From NCBI GenBank assembly GCA_003568945.1, contig BDIP01000025.1, positions 1-43,589 on the forward strand: a DNA stretch of 43,589 bases, written 5' to 3'. Positions 12,801 through 25,046 of this stretch are shown one piece after another. Numbering within the stretch: position 1 is the stretch's first letter; each line of letters starts with the position of its first letter. The DNA is from Kipferlia bialata (Eukaryota). The translations under genes and the position numbers were made by a program. The notes under the pieces are model-generated. The model did no database searches, was not told the origin of the DNA, and was given only the letters and a program-made list of their open reading frames with translations.

Positions 12801-15800
12801 CCTGAGTGAGAGGACCCTTCTGTCCCTGGTGTCACTCGACAAGGAGCTGCCAGTGATAGGGAAGGTGAGCACGGGTGTTGCCTTCAGTGGATCTCTATTT
12901 GTGTGCCCTCACTATATCCCTGTCCCCCTTCACCCCAGGCCCCCTCCGACGGCATGCTGTACCTGACCAGACCTGGGTCAGGCAGGGGGGTCAGGGCATC
13001 GGCAGCCACAATGGGATCAGAGATGTCGTCACTTACAGGTGGGGATGCCTTTAACACCCACTCTCTCTCTCTGAGTGTATCTCTACCTCACCCCCAGGCA
13101 CCTCCGCCCCTGCCATCTATGCATACACACGCCATGTGTGGAGCACTGATGCCTCTCCCGCTAGTAGGGTCAGGGCGTTCCACCTGCTGCACAGATACAT
13201 ACACAAGAAGGGCATCCTGGAGGACAACAAGAAGTACGGGGGACACACTGCATATTCCAATGACTGTTCCACCTTCAACCTCCCCTGTCTATAGTTCCTG
13301 TCTGTATCTAACCCCTAGGCTAGGTGCCAAGATGCTGCTGAGGCTGAGTGTGTGGTATGCATGGCTCATGTGGACGGACCCGGACAGCAGGCTCATACTG
13401 CCAGGTACAGCTATATCTACCTCCTCAATGATATACTCCAATATCTGATGTCTCTAGTACTGGTTCTAGGTCCTTGTTCCTAGTGTATATATATGTATAT
13501 TGTTGTGTCTCACCTCCAGGCCCTGCCACCGATGTTGGCAATGAGCAGCCCCCCGTGCCCACTGTGGAGACAGTCACGGAGAATGGGACTCTGTTCCCCA
13601 AGCTGCCCCTCAAGTGAGTGTCTTTGGTTATGTGTAGCATGTGTCAATGACCAGTGTGTCAATTCATGACGGCGCATGACGCTCCGTATCCCTTCCACTT
13701 CACCCCCCTCACCCCCAGGTGTGTTGTTCCTGCCAGCCGTATACCCACCCTTGTGGAAGATAGAGACATGGACAAGGAACTGCTGGCTGAGGTACTTCCG
13801 CATACTCTGTACATTCACTGTACATGTGTCTCAGAAATGTCAGTTAGATTCATGTATGTACCTGAGTGTTTACCCCTTCCCTGACCCCCAGGACGTTGCC
13901 TATCTCTGTAACGACATTGTGGAGACACAGAGAGAGGCAGAGGCCGCTAAGGGAAGGGTGAGATATGGAGTGTATCATTGTCTATGTCATATACACAGCC
14001 ACTACTCTCTCTCCCTTGTAATACCATTCACCCCCAGGTTGTCGCCGAGGCCGTCCCGCCCTCGCCTGCCCTCACTCTCTCCATATTCGACAAGGTGGGT
14101 TGGATCTATCTCTCATTCGTTTCATATACTCACCCTTTCTCCCCTCCCCCCTTACCCTATTTCCCCCCCTTACCATAGGGTGTTGACAGAGACAGGGCCA
14201 GGGGCATCGAGCGGGGTCTGCCCCTGAGAGAGAGGGAGCAGGCTAGGGAGAGAGAGAGAGAGGCAGAGAGGGAGAGGAAGCGCTCCCAGCGCTACGAGAG
14301 CGTCTTCTCTGTCGACTCTCGCTACTCCACCCGGATGAGGGAGCAGGAGAGGGAGAGGGCGGCAGCTACCACCCCACTGACCCAGCCTGAGGGTATGGGT
14401 GCAGCTGGTGTAGGAGATGCCACACTGGGAGGCCGTGTATCCCGCCCCTCCCTTACCATCAATGTGTCTGACACTCTGTCTATGTCTGAGGATGCGGAGG
14501 ACACAGAGAGACCACCCACCCTCAGTCCCTCTGAGGAGGAGGGGGTGCACGTGGTCGGGGACACCGCGTCTCTCACCCCTGTCGACTCTGCCCATGTGGA
14601 TACCGTTGTGGGTGTGGGCACTGTGGGTGCAGAGACCCAGGGCGACAAGGGCCACATGAACATGAGGCTGGCAGAGCGTGCCCGCCTGGGTATCACCCGC
14701 AGTGAGAGGGAGACGGAGAGAGAGCTGATCCACAAGAGGGTGAGGGGCTGGGCCGAGCGGGCTGCCACCCTGGACCCCTCGAACCCCAGGGTCCACCATG
14801 CCGTGGGGTACTCCTCACTCATACTGGCTACCAGTCTCCAGGTGGGGGTGGTTGAGAGTGATGCTTGTCTATTCTTACTCTACACATTGGTATACCTACC
14901 CGTACTCACTGACAGGAGAAGAGGAGACAGTCTGAGAGAGAGAGAGAGGCTAGGGTACAGGCACTGCCAGAGGAGGAGAGAGAGGCGGAGAGGACCAAGG
15001 AGAGAGAGGGAGAGAATGAGGCTCTGATGACCGAGGCCATCGACTACTACTCAAGGTAAATATATACATACATGTGTCTCTTCTTCTATCCCACCCATCG
15101 TCTCCCCCTCACCCCCAGGGCTGCTGCTGAGGGTTACTTCCGGTGCATTGCGGGCCCCCACTCCCAGGATGCCTTCCCTGCCCTGCTCAGGCTGTTGTCC
15201 ATCCTGTTCAAGACTAGCCAGGGTGAGGAGGGATACTGATATCTAGATAACTACACCCCAAGTCGTATCTCCCTATATCTCACCCCCAGGCTCTTCGTCT
15301 GTGTTTGCAGTGTTCCAGGAGTGGTTTGACAGGACCAGCCTCGACCTGTGGCTGAGTGTGGTCCCCCAGATCATAGCCAGGATGGACAGCCCCAGCCCAT
15401 CGGTCAGGGCACTAGGTACACATACAGTGTTTATGTATACTCACCCATGGCTACCCTCCTCACCCCAGTCCGGCACCTCCTCACTACTGTTGGCACCAGG
15501 CACCCCCAGGCCCTAGTGTACCCTCTGACCGTGGCTGCCAAGACCAGCACTGAGAACGGCAATGCCCTGGCTACCTCCATCCTCAACGACATGTCTGTGG
15601 GCATGGCCAAGGGAGCACCCTCATCACTGGTGGGTCAGGCCAAGCTGGTGTCAAGGGAGCTGATCAGAACAGCCAGGCTCTGGCCAGAGATTTGGTTCAA
15701 GGTACCCTGCACTCTATTGTGTCACCCTGTCTGTCGATTTCCTATGTATATTGATGTGTGTACTCATACCCTCCCCCTCCCTCACCCCAGGGAATCGAGG

Positions 15801-18800
15801 TTGCCGCCCAGTTCTACTACGAGGACACACAGATCGACAAGATGTTTGCATCCCTCGGCAAGTTGTTCCAGCTGCTGCAGGTATGGAGGGTGGATGCATG
15901 GACATATGCTACTGATACAGTTGTGGGTGTTGGTAGCTCTAGACTGTGGAACACGATGCACCAATCCCTTTTTGAGTCACTCCCCCTCACCCTCAGACTG
16001 GTGCCCAGACACCGGCCGAACAAACATTTGTGTCTGCCTTTGAGGGGGTGCTCAAGGTGGGTGGATGTAGCTCTTGCCTCTTTCCGCTCTCTTCTTTCAT
16101 ATCCACTCATATTGTCGTATGTCCTCTCTTCCCCTCGCGTTCTCTCTTACCCCCAGGAGGTTGAGCACCTGCTAAAGAACTACACTCTGAAGAAGAACCC
16201 ATCTAGACACCTGCTGGAGGGTATGTGGGGAGATGTGTTATGATTACTTGTTCATGAACAACTACTGTTATTGTGTATTGTTTACATACCCAGATACTAA
16301 ATGTCTATCTCCTCATCTCTTACCCCAGGTGCCTGGGAGCACCTGATCTGGGTGTACCACATCATCGAGGAGCAGCTACCTGTGCTGAGGATACTAGGTG
16401 GGTGGATGTGTATGTATGTGTATATATGGTGGAGGGCATTGGTGCACTTGTGTGTCAGTTCATGATGCAACAGTTGCACTTCCATGCATTACAGGGCTTG
16501 CATACATAGTACCCCAGAATACCACCCCACCCCACCCCAGACCTTGTGTACACCGCCCCTGCCCTGCTTGAGTGCAAGGACCTAGAGCTGTGTGTGCCTG
16601 GCAGCTATGTGGCAGGACAGGACGTGGTGGGCATCCACAGGTTCCAGCCCCTCATGACGGTATGTGGTGTGTGTTTATGTGTTGTGTCATATTTATGATG
16701 TGTTATTATTCCTGCCCTGACCCCCAGGTCATCCACTCCAAGCACAGACCCAGGCAGGCCACCCTGATAGGCAGTGACGGCATGAAGTATGTGTTCTGCC
16801 TCAAGGTGGGTGGTAGTTGCGTAGCTGTGTGCATGGGACATACATATATCTGTATGAATGCATGCCTCCCCTCACCTGTAGGGCAGTGAGGACACCCGTC
16901 TGGACGAGAGAGTGATGCAGGTGTTTGGGTACATCAACACTGCCTTCCTGACCTCCCCTGACACAGACAGACTGGGCCTCATGATGCACAGATACCCAGG
17001 TGCAGATGTTTGGACATGTGTATATATATAGTTGTTGCTGTGTTTTGCTTTATTTGTTTCAGTGCTATAGTGTTTTCTCTGATCCATTGTATATGTATCC
17101 ATCCCCACCCCCAGTTGTCCCCCTGTCCCCCTCCGCTGGTCTCATCAGCTGGGTGCCAGACCACGACACACTCCACAACCTCATCGACACATACAGGTGG
17201 GTGTATGTGTCTATGCATGAATCTTTGTATTGGTTTACTGCTGTATTCATTATGCAGTATATACCTTGCCTCACCCCAGGAAGGACTACTCCTACTGCAA
17301 TGTGTCCACCAACCACGAGAGGACCCTGCTGTCAGTGAGGAGGGTGTCTGACTATGAGACCGCCTCCATAGTCCACAAGATGGAGGCATTCACAAACACC
17401 ATGAAGCAGAGCACAGGTAGGTGGTATCTGTCTCTCAGGGTTCCCACTGTTAGTGGAACTGTCTCTCTCTCTCTCTCCCTCACTGCCAGGCCTCGACATC
17501 CACAAGATGCTGTGGCTGAGGTCCAGTTCCAGTGAGGAGTGGCTGCTGAGGAGGACGGCATACACGAGGAGCATGGCAGTCGGCAGCATAGTGGGGTACC
17601 TCATCGGTGAGTAGTGGTGGATGGTGACTAATACTGGTAGCAATCTCTCTTCTATTCCCTCACCCCCTAGGTCTAGGCGACAGACACCCCAACAACATCA
17701 TGCTGGGCAGGTCCAGTGGCAGGGTGCTGCACATTGACTACGGAGACTGCTTTGAGACAGCCATGAGGAGGAGCAGATACCCGGAGAAGGTCCCATTCAG
17801 GTGGGCGGAGATGTGTATATACGTATCCCCACCATTATCTCTCTCTCTGTCGATCCTTCTCCTCCCACCCCAGGCTGACCCGCATTGTAGTCAGGGCCAT
17901 GTCTGTGTCCAAGGTGGAGGGCACGTTCAGGACAACGTGCAACCTGGCAATGCACGTGTTGAGGTATGGGTAGTGTATGAGAGTATATAGTGTATGGCGG
18001 AGGGACAAATTGAGCTGTGTGCTGTCTCCACTATCAAGAACCGTTCCATGGTGAATATTCACATATATATTCACACCGTATATGTATTTACACCCAATGT
18101 ACCTCACCCCAGGGGCCACCGCGACTCCATCATGGCCATGCTGGAGGCCTTTGTGTACGACCCCCTCATCACGTGGAGACTACTGGCAGAGAGGAAGGCC
18201 GTGACGCACAAGATGACGAAGATGTCAGCACACAGCGGTGTGAGGCACCAGGGGAGGGCAGGCAGGAATATGAAGGACCTCCAGCACGAGGACGCGAGGT
18301 GGGTACATTGAATACATACAGAGACTGCCCAACTAGTACTATCTACCCATCACCTCCTCACTCACCCCCCAGGGGCCCTGACCTGCTACCTCTGGACAGA
18401 GACACGGAGGCACCCGAGGGAGACGGGGAGCAGGTATCGGTACTCAGTGGTGTATACACTTGGACACACATACCATTGACTGTATCCCCCCTCACCTCAG
18501 GATGTGAACCCCAAGGCCCTGGCCATTGTCAAGAGGGTCGAGGCTAAGCTCACAGGTGAGTATAGGCTCAGGCACCAATTGGATCCCATTAGAAATTGTA
18601 TTATATATCTCTATGCCCCCCTCCCCCTTACCCGCCAGGCAAGGACTTCCCGTACCACCCGTATGCATTGGGCATAGCCAGACAGGTCGAGCTGCTCATA
18701 CACCAGGTGCGTATATATATAGATACATGGTGTTTTCTGTATAGTCAGTCCGATCACACTCTATACATTGCTCAGTTTGTCTGTGTTTGATATATTTGAG

Positions 18801-18897
18801 TATACACTCAGTGTACCCTCAATCTCACCCTCACCCCCAGGCCACCAATGTAGAGAACCTCGTCCAGGCATGGAAGGGATGGTGCCCCGAGTGGTAG
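864..18897 (+). CDS. TOR: Target of rapamycin (PIKK-family Ser/Thr kinase), about 97 exons by hand count
   Basis: Spliced translation gives N-terminal HEAT region ([14 protein letters not shown]...GLAAIAELV); FAT ([37 protein letters not shown]); FRB ([18 protein letters not shown]); kinase ([69 protein letters not shown]); FATC ending GWCPEW-TAG. The start at 864 is inferred and needs a GC donor at 893. Confidence 0.97.
15667..16397 (+). other. TOR: TOR FRB (FKBP12-rapamycin binding) domain exons
   Basis: [57 protein letters not shown]...|[17 protein letters not shown] aligns by eye with mTOR [22 protein letters not shown]...QAWDLYYHVFRRISKQ. Confidence 0.88.
16728..18185 (+). other. TOR: TOR PI3K-like catalytic domain exons
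   Basis: Catalytic Lys motif (VFCLK|GSED); catalytic loop DRHPNN and DYG in exon 17671-17800. Confidence 0.95.
18841..18897 (+). other. TOR: TOR FATC terminal exon
   Basis: [18 protein letters not shown] versus canonical ATSHENLCQCYIGWCPFW*. Confidence 0.95.
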
Positions 18898-18929
18898 ACA
18901 GGGATCCATATGTAGATGGGTTCATATAC

Positions 18930-18943
18930 TACTAGGCCTAGTA
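18930..18943. other. perfect 14-bp palindrome TACTAGGCCTAGTA (copy 1)
   Basis: Read directly; an identical core occurs at 32871-32884. Confidence 0.9.
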
Positions 18944-19349
18944 TGACCCTTAAGGATGCATAGTCCCCTGGATGAGAGGAGAGGGCTGTTTCAGTCCAAG
19001 TTTTGTTGGAGTTACGTGAGAGAGAATGGTATTTGTCCCGTGTTTGTTTCTATTCTTTGGCTGGTGAGGGTATCATTTTACCTGATACTGAGTCTCTAGT
19101 CAACCATAAATCGTGTAGATATAGTCTAACGCGATATTTATAGTTAAGTGAGTGAAGTATTCGCATCATTACTCGGCCATTATTCCCCAAGTATTCTTCA
19201 CTCAATACCGATTATCAACGATACACTCCCAGTGACATTATCCCATATGCAATATGACTCAAAATCTATGGCCAACAAGGAAGCAAATACGAAAGAACGA
19301 AACACAACTGTACAACCCCAAACGACAACACACAACACAACCAGGATAC

Positions 19350-19519
19350 TTAGTCAAAGTCCACTATCTCGGGCTCCCAGTCAGCATCGTCCTGTCTCTC
19401 TCTCCCTCTCCCTGTCTTTGGGGTCTTGGCCCTCCTCTGCAGCCTGGCATGCAGGGCCACGCCTCTGTCCAGAGTGTGCTAAGGGTGAGACGGAGGTAGG
19501 GTAAGAGAGACACAGATAG

Positions 19520-19550
<31 letters not shown>

Positions 19551-22500
19551 TACCTTGGGGCAGTCGAGCAGGTGGATGATGCACTTGGGGCATGCATAGC
19601 TGACCAGTTTCCCTGTGTGGGGCTCCACAAACCACTGTGCCACAAGGCCCTCCTTGAGTAGAGTGGTGAGGTCCCTACCATACTGGGGTGAGGGGTAGGC
19701 GGGTAGGGAGTACCAAGTACGTCAGAGAGAGGTCACCACACACACCTCGGCCATCGCTCTCCTGACCCCCACCACTACACCGAGGGGCAGCTTGTCGAAG
19801 CAGCGCTTCCGACAGCACTTGAACGGCACCCTCTCCCTCATTGCCTTCTCTCTCTCTCTCTCCATCTCGGCCAGTGGATCAGTCCGTCTGAGACGGCCTG
19901 AGGCACGTGCTGAGGGTAGGGCAGGACTGACAGCAGAGGGGAGACGGACCTCACTGACGGTAAGAACACGAACTCTCAACATACATAGTCAATAACACTA
20001 TGCACAACATGTGTAAGTATTCTTAGGGTACCTGATAATCTCTGTGGCAGGGGTAGGAGGCAGGTCATTGCCCTGAGGGTGAGGCAGAGGGTCGGCACTA
20101 GTAAACCAAAGTAGAACACCTCATTATTGTAACCGAAACACCCACCTCGAAGGCCTCCCACTGCTGCTCTTCCTCCTGCTCTCTGTCTCTGCGTGACCTC
20201 TTTCCCCTTGCACTGCGTGTGGGCAACAGAATGGCTGGTAGGGGTGAGTGTGTCTGTGTGTCGTGTGTGGTGTCTCTACTCAGAGGGGCATGGACGGGGG
20301 ACACATCACTCCTCCTCTTGCTCCTCTTCGAGGTGGATGATGTGGATGATGAACGGGACACAGCGCCACAGTGACCCTCGCCCTTCACCTTGGGTACTCT
20401 GGTAGAGGTAGTCTTCTTCCTACTGGTCTTTGTAGTCTTGGGGGTACCAGGGGGCGTGGAGACGCCTGCTGGGGTAAGAGAGTTCTTCTTGGTAGGGTGT
20501 TGGGTGGGATATACATATCTCAGTGCACTAGCACCAGTATACACTGAGTCCCCCCACCTCTTCTGGGCGTCATGCCATTGGCCAGGTATAGACTGGGGTC
20601 ACGGCACATGGCCTGGGCCTGGGCGTAAGAAGATATAAGAAGGGGCACTCAGTGGAGATGTGTGCATAAAGGCTTGTCCAGAGAGTCCTGAACATCTACA
20701 GCAGGCCATACTCTGTTCCATTGAAATCACAGTCAGACATGCACTCCACACCCCATAGATATACACACACCATACCTTTGTCAGCAGTGTCCTACCGCAG
20801 CTAAGGAGGGTGGTGAGCTGGGGTGAGAGAAACTAGAGAGTACCCGCAGCATTGGCCTGACCCATAGATTGTGGCACACATCCTATGTTGAAATACAACC
20901 ATGGTAAAGCCTTTGTCACAGACCATTGACGTATATATAATAGGGCACCTGTCCGTGTGTCAGCATGAACTTCTCCTTCTCAGGGTCCCACAGATAGTCT
21001 CTGGCATCAGGGAAAGGGTACAGTGGTAAGATACATACAACAGAGGCTATACCATTTTGCATCAAACATTTCAAATTATACTGAGGGTGGTATTGTACAC
21101 TTGGAAAACTAAACTACATAACAACAGGCAATCGAATGTATGAGCACCCAATATCCACCCCCACCTTATGAAGACCCTCTTGGCAGCCCCTGCCTCCATG
21201 ATAGACAGCTTGTGGGTCTCTATCCTGGTGTTCATACGGATCAGGGCATTGAGCATGGCCTTGGTGTCGCCCTGGTGTAGGTGTAGGTACACATTGACTA
21301 TATCTATATATATATACGAATGAATATATGTATTGAGTGGTACAATCCAACACATGAATGATTCCCCCATCCACAGTGTACCTAATCACTCACATGTACA
21401 TACCTTATACTTCTTCAGATCCACCCCCCCGTATCTCTGTGGGGTATCTGCAGACAGAGCAAATGTCCTAGAGGGAGGGGTGCTAGGTACAGAACTAGGG
21501 GCAGACGGCAGCCTGCTGGGGTGAGGAGAGTGCATATATGCATAGCAATACATGTGTGGGTCATTAGATTACATGTCCACCTGGGTGTACTGGGCACACT
21601 AGCAGTCCAGTGACTACCACTGCTAGAGTCCTTGGTCTGGGCATCGGCTTGGCCTGCCTCCTGCGATCAGTCTCTCTCTCTCTCTCTATCTTCACGTGAT
21701 CACAACAAACATTTATCAACTCAACCACCAAACGCACTAAACTATAGTATTGCAATGACACTCTCTCTGCATATACAACACCCATCCCACCTGAGATAGC
21801 ATCTCTGCCACAGCTATGTCCAGGAACCGTTGGGTGTCTGTCCTCATCAGCTTCTGCAGGGCCCTGACAGTCAGGGGGGGGGATATATACAGTCTATATG
21901 CATACCAGAAACATCATATGTATCTATGCACTCTGTATATACTGTGTCTCCTCACCTTGGGCACATTCTGACCCTGTATGCCCCGACCTCCAGGTCATAC
22001 AGGTGCTCGAAGAAGAAGGCCTTCTTGAGATCAAACACCTCATCCTGGGGGTGGGTATATGTATATACATATATTATACATATATACATATAACACTTCA
22101 TCCTGGGGTGGGGGGGGGGGGTATCTAACATATACATGCCACAACATATCCACATGCACCCACCCTTGTCTTGCCCTGTATCTGTCTGTCCAGCCGGGCT
22201 AGACTGCGCATCAAGGTGCGCTGGGAGGATCTACGGTCAGCGTCGATACTACCTTGAATACGTATATTGGAGAAGGGACTATATTCCATGTTGACACCTG
22301 TTGAAAGAAGATGGAAACACCGTACTGAAATTCAGCTATTATTCAGTAATATGCATAACCACACTCCCATTGACAGTGTATAGTACATGTATGCACCGCT
22401 CACTCTGGGAATGTCTTGAAGCACTTGTCCCTACAACACCTAGCAGTAGGGAAGGGCCTGACATCGGCAGAGTCCTCTGGGGTATTAGAGGGGGGGTATA

Positions 22501-24134
22501 GGATGTGGGGTATATATTAGGGGGTAAATGGACGCTGCACACACACACACACCTGACACCACCTCACTCCCTTCCTCTCCCTCTGACTCAGACCGCTCAT
22601 CCACCCACTCCTCCCTCTCAGAGGAGCTCTCTCTCTCCCTCTCTCTCCTTGCCTCTCTCTTACTACTCTTCCCCACACTCCTCTTAGGCCGGGACTGCAC
22701 AGCCACCCTCCTGGCACTCCTGCTAGGCCTAGACCTACGCCTATCACGTCCATACTCACTCTCGCTCTCACTCTCTTCCTCTGTCCCTTCCTCCTCCACA
22801 TACTGTGAGGCCTGGGTCTGGGAAACAGACACAGAGGTCTGAGAGGGGTGGGGGGGCTCAGACTTGACCCTCATGAAGAGAGAGAGAGACTCGGTCTTGA
22901 CTGGGTAGGTACCGGACTGGAGACCGTCTAGGGCTATCTAGGGTGGGAGGAGAGAGGGTGGGAGCAAGCGAATGTATACTAACACGCAGGTGCGAGAAAA
23001 GAAGAAGAGATAATGAATTATCGCAAAGTATACAATAGTGCATATAACACTACCTGTGAGGGGAGAGAGGGTGGGTACACACTAGGGTCACTAGGGGAGG
23101 GGCTGTTGCTGATGGATGGCTCGGTGGATGCTGCGGCAGAGTGGGGAACACGGGGCTCCTCCTTGACCTCAGTCTTGATGGGCCAGCCCTGGGGTAAGGG
23201 AATATATGGTGTGATACACCTCTAGTATGCATGTGAATACCCATGTCCCGCACCTGTCTGTCCACTATCGGGCACCTCAATAGGGAGGCAGATGACCCCC
23301 CGAAGAGGTGGGACCCTGACATCTGGCCGATGTCCCCCTTGATGTCCATTGTCAGGGGAGACCCCCCCAGCGGCACACCGTCCTCCCCCTCCGCCTCCCC
23401 CTCCCCCTCCCCCTCACTCAGACCCAGACCAGACGGAGTGGCACTCACCTCCTGTCCGTCCTCATCCTCCTCCTCTGCCAGGGCTGCCTGTATCCTAGCG
23501 TGCAGTCTGGCTGCTGCCTCTGCCCCTGTCTCTGTCTCACCCTCTGACTCCGAGGCCTCTGCACCCCTCTTGGCCCTGGGGGGCAGGGCATCCCCACCCT
23601 CCAGGGCATCCTCCCCTGCCCGCTGTCTCTCTCTCCTGTTCCTAGAGGCTCTGCACTGTCAGGGGGTGCACATCGTAGATCTATATACAATATAGAACAG
23701 GGAGCAGTATCAACCAGTATCAAGTCCCATACCTGCCACTGACACACAGCACAGAGTCCTCGTCTGCATCGGAGGCATGGACTGGGGTGAGGGGGGGGGG
23801 GGCTTGCAGATGAGACAATTGTATGATAGTAATAGTGTATAGAGTGTGTATCGAAACTTAGTGAGTGAGGAATCAGGTATGAAAGACAGAAAGCAAATGT
23901 TCCACTGTGGATATGTCTCTCTATATAAAACTATGGGCCGTAAACATTGGTGGGGTATATTGATGCCACAACATTATTAACCAGGAGAGTCAACGTCATA
24001 TACATACACATAGTGATGGAGTTTGTATCGATACACATATAGATGTCCATATCCTGTGCGTACCTGAGACCTCCTCCTCCGAACTGACCACTGCCTGGTG
24101 GTATATCTCACTGGAGGACCCGTCGGTGTCACAT
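19350..24134 (-). CDS. hypothetical multi-exon protein with repeated Cys-rich (CCxxxC...C) domains and acidic/basic low-complexity linkers
   Basis: Many GT-AG-bounded exons with fused branch points; ends ...DWEPEIVDFD-TAA at 19350. Motifs RCCRDKCF (22418-22438) and KCCRKRCF (19797-19817). The start lies upstream of 24134 (possibly ATG 24478). The frame across 21400-21690 does not join cleanly, either a G7 or (GA)n length error or two genes. Confidence 0.7.
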
Positions 24135-24500
24135 CTGGGGGGTCAGAGACACAATGAGAGTAAGGTACGGTGCAACAGAGGTAGAAGTATGTTCGTGTCG
24201 ATAACAGAGTGGGTATGCAACCAAACACCCAGTCAGTGTATATACACCATGTTCATGATAACATAAGGGTGGCGGCTAGAGCACCAGCGAACACTATAAA
24301 GCACATAGACAGCATACCACCATATATGGAAGAGACCCATGTAACAAGTACTGAAGCATACATGCTCTATAAACAAACGAATGCGTACATTGTGTCCCAG
24401 TTGCCAGTGGCCATTAGCACGCCCTACACACCGGCTGCAGATAGTCCACTCCTCAGTCAGACAACAAGAACAGGACATGCGAGGAAACGCAAGTGGGGAA

Positions 24501-24580
24501 TGGAGTGAATGGGAATTGAACCCTATCCCACTCAGGTTTGAATCGGGTCCTCTATTAACAGTTTGGAAGTGACTTACTGA
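24501..24580 (-). pseudogene. degenerate tRNA-like sequence
   Basis: Minus strand has a T-arm-like AT(A)GGG-TTCAATT-CCCAT, then TCACTCC-A, and a possible D stem CTTC/GAGG. Acceptor and anticodon stems pair poorly. Confidence 0.3.
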
Positions 24581-25046
24581 GATTCTATGACGGCGGCTTC
24601 ACAACAACACCTGCTCTGGATAACAGTCTGGCTAGGAGTTCTCAATACGTTATCATAAGGCTTCTGGTGATAAGAATACTCGGGTGAATGATCCTGAGAG
24701 AGAGTGAGCCTGACAGTTGGAGAGAAAACTGTTGCTTGCAAGGGTAGATCTAACGAAATGAAAGACTGAACTCTTCCGATAACCCATCGGACCGATGAAC
24801 GAGTATTCCACCCTACTATGTGTACCTCGTTTACTGTACTTATCATTCCACTACCAATTGACCCGATATATTTTGAGACCATTGTGAGTGTTCCACCGAA
24901 ACTTCACACACTATCACGTGTAGCAACTTGCTACTAGCAAGTGTGACAAGTCAATGGCGAAGCACGTCTCCTTTCCTCAGAAAGCCCCATCATATAAACA
25001 GGCCATGGTATAATTACGTGATGACCTTAGAATATCTGTGACAGGA

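Noticed and set aside
18895..18897. Possible TAR=Gln genetic code as in hexamitid diplomonads
   Set aside because: TAG follows the invariant terminal Trp of TOR, and I saw no in-frame TAA/TAG in the conserved exons I translated
23936..23951. GGCCGTAAACATTGGT similar to GGCCGTAACATTGGT at 32898-32912
   Set aside because: A single gapped 15-nt match is plausible by chance in 43 kb, and the contexts differ
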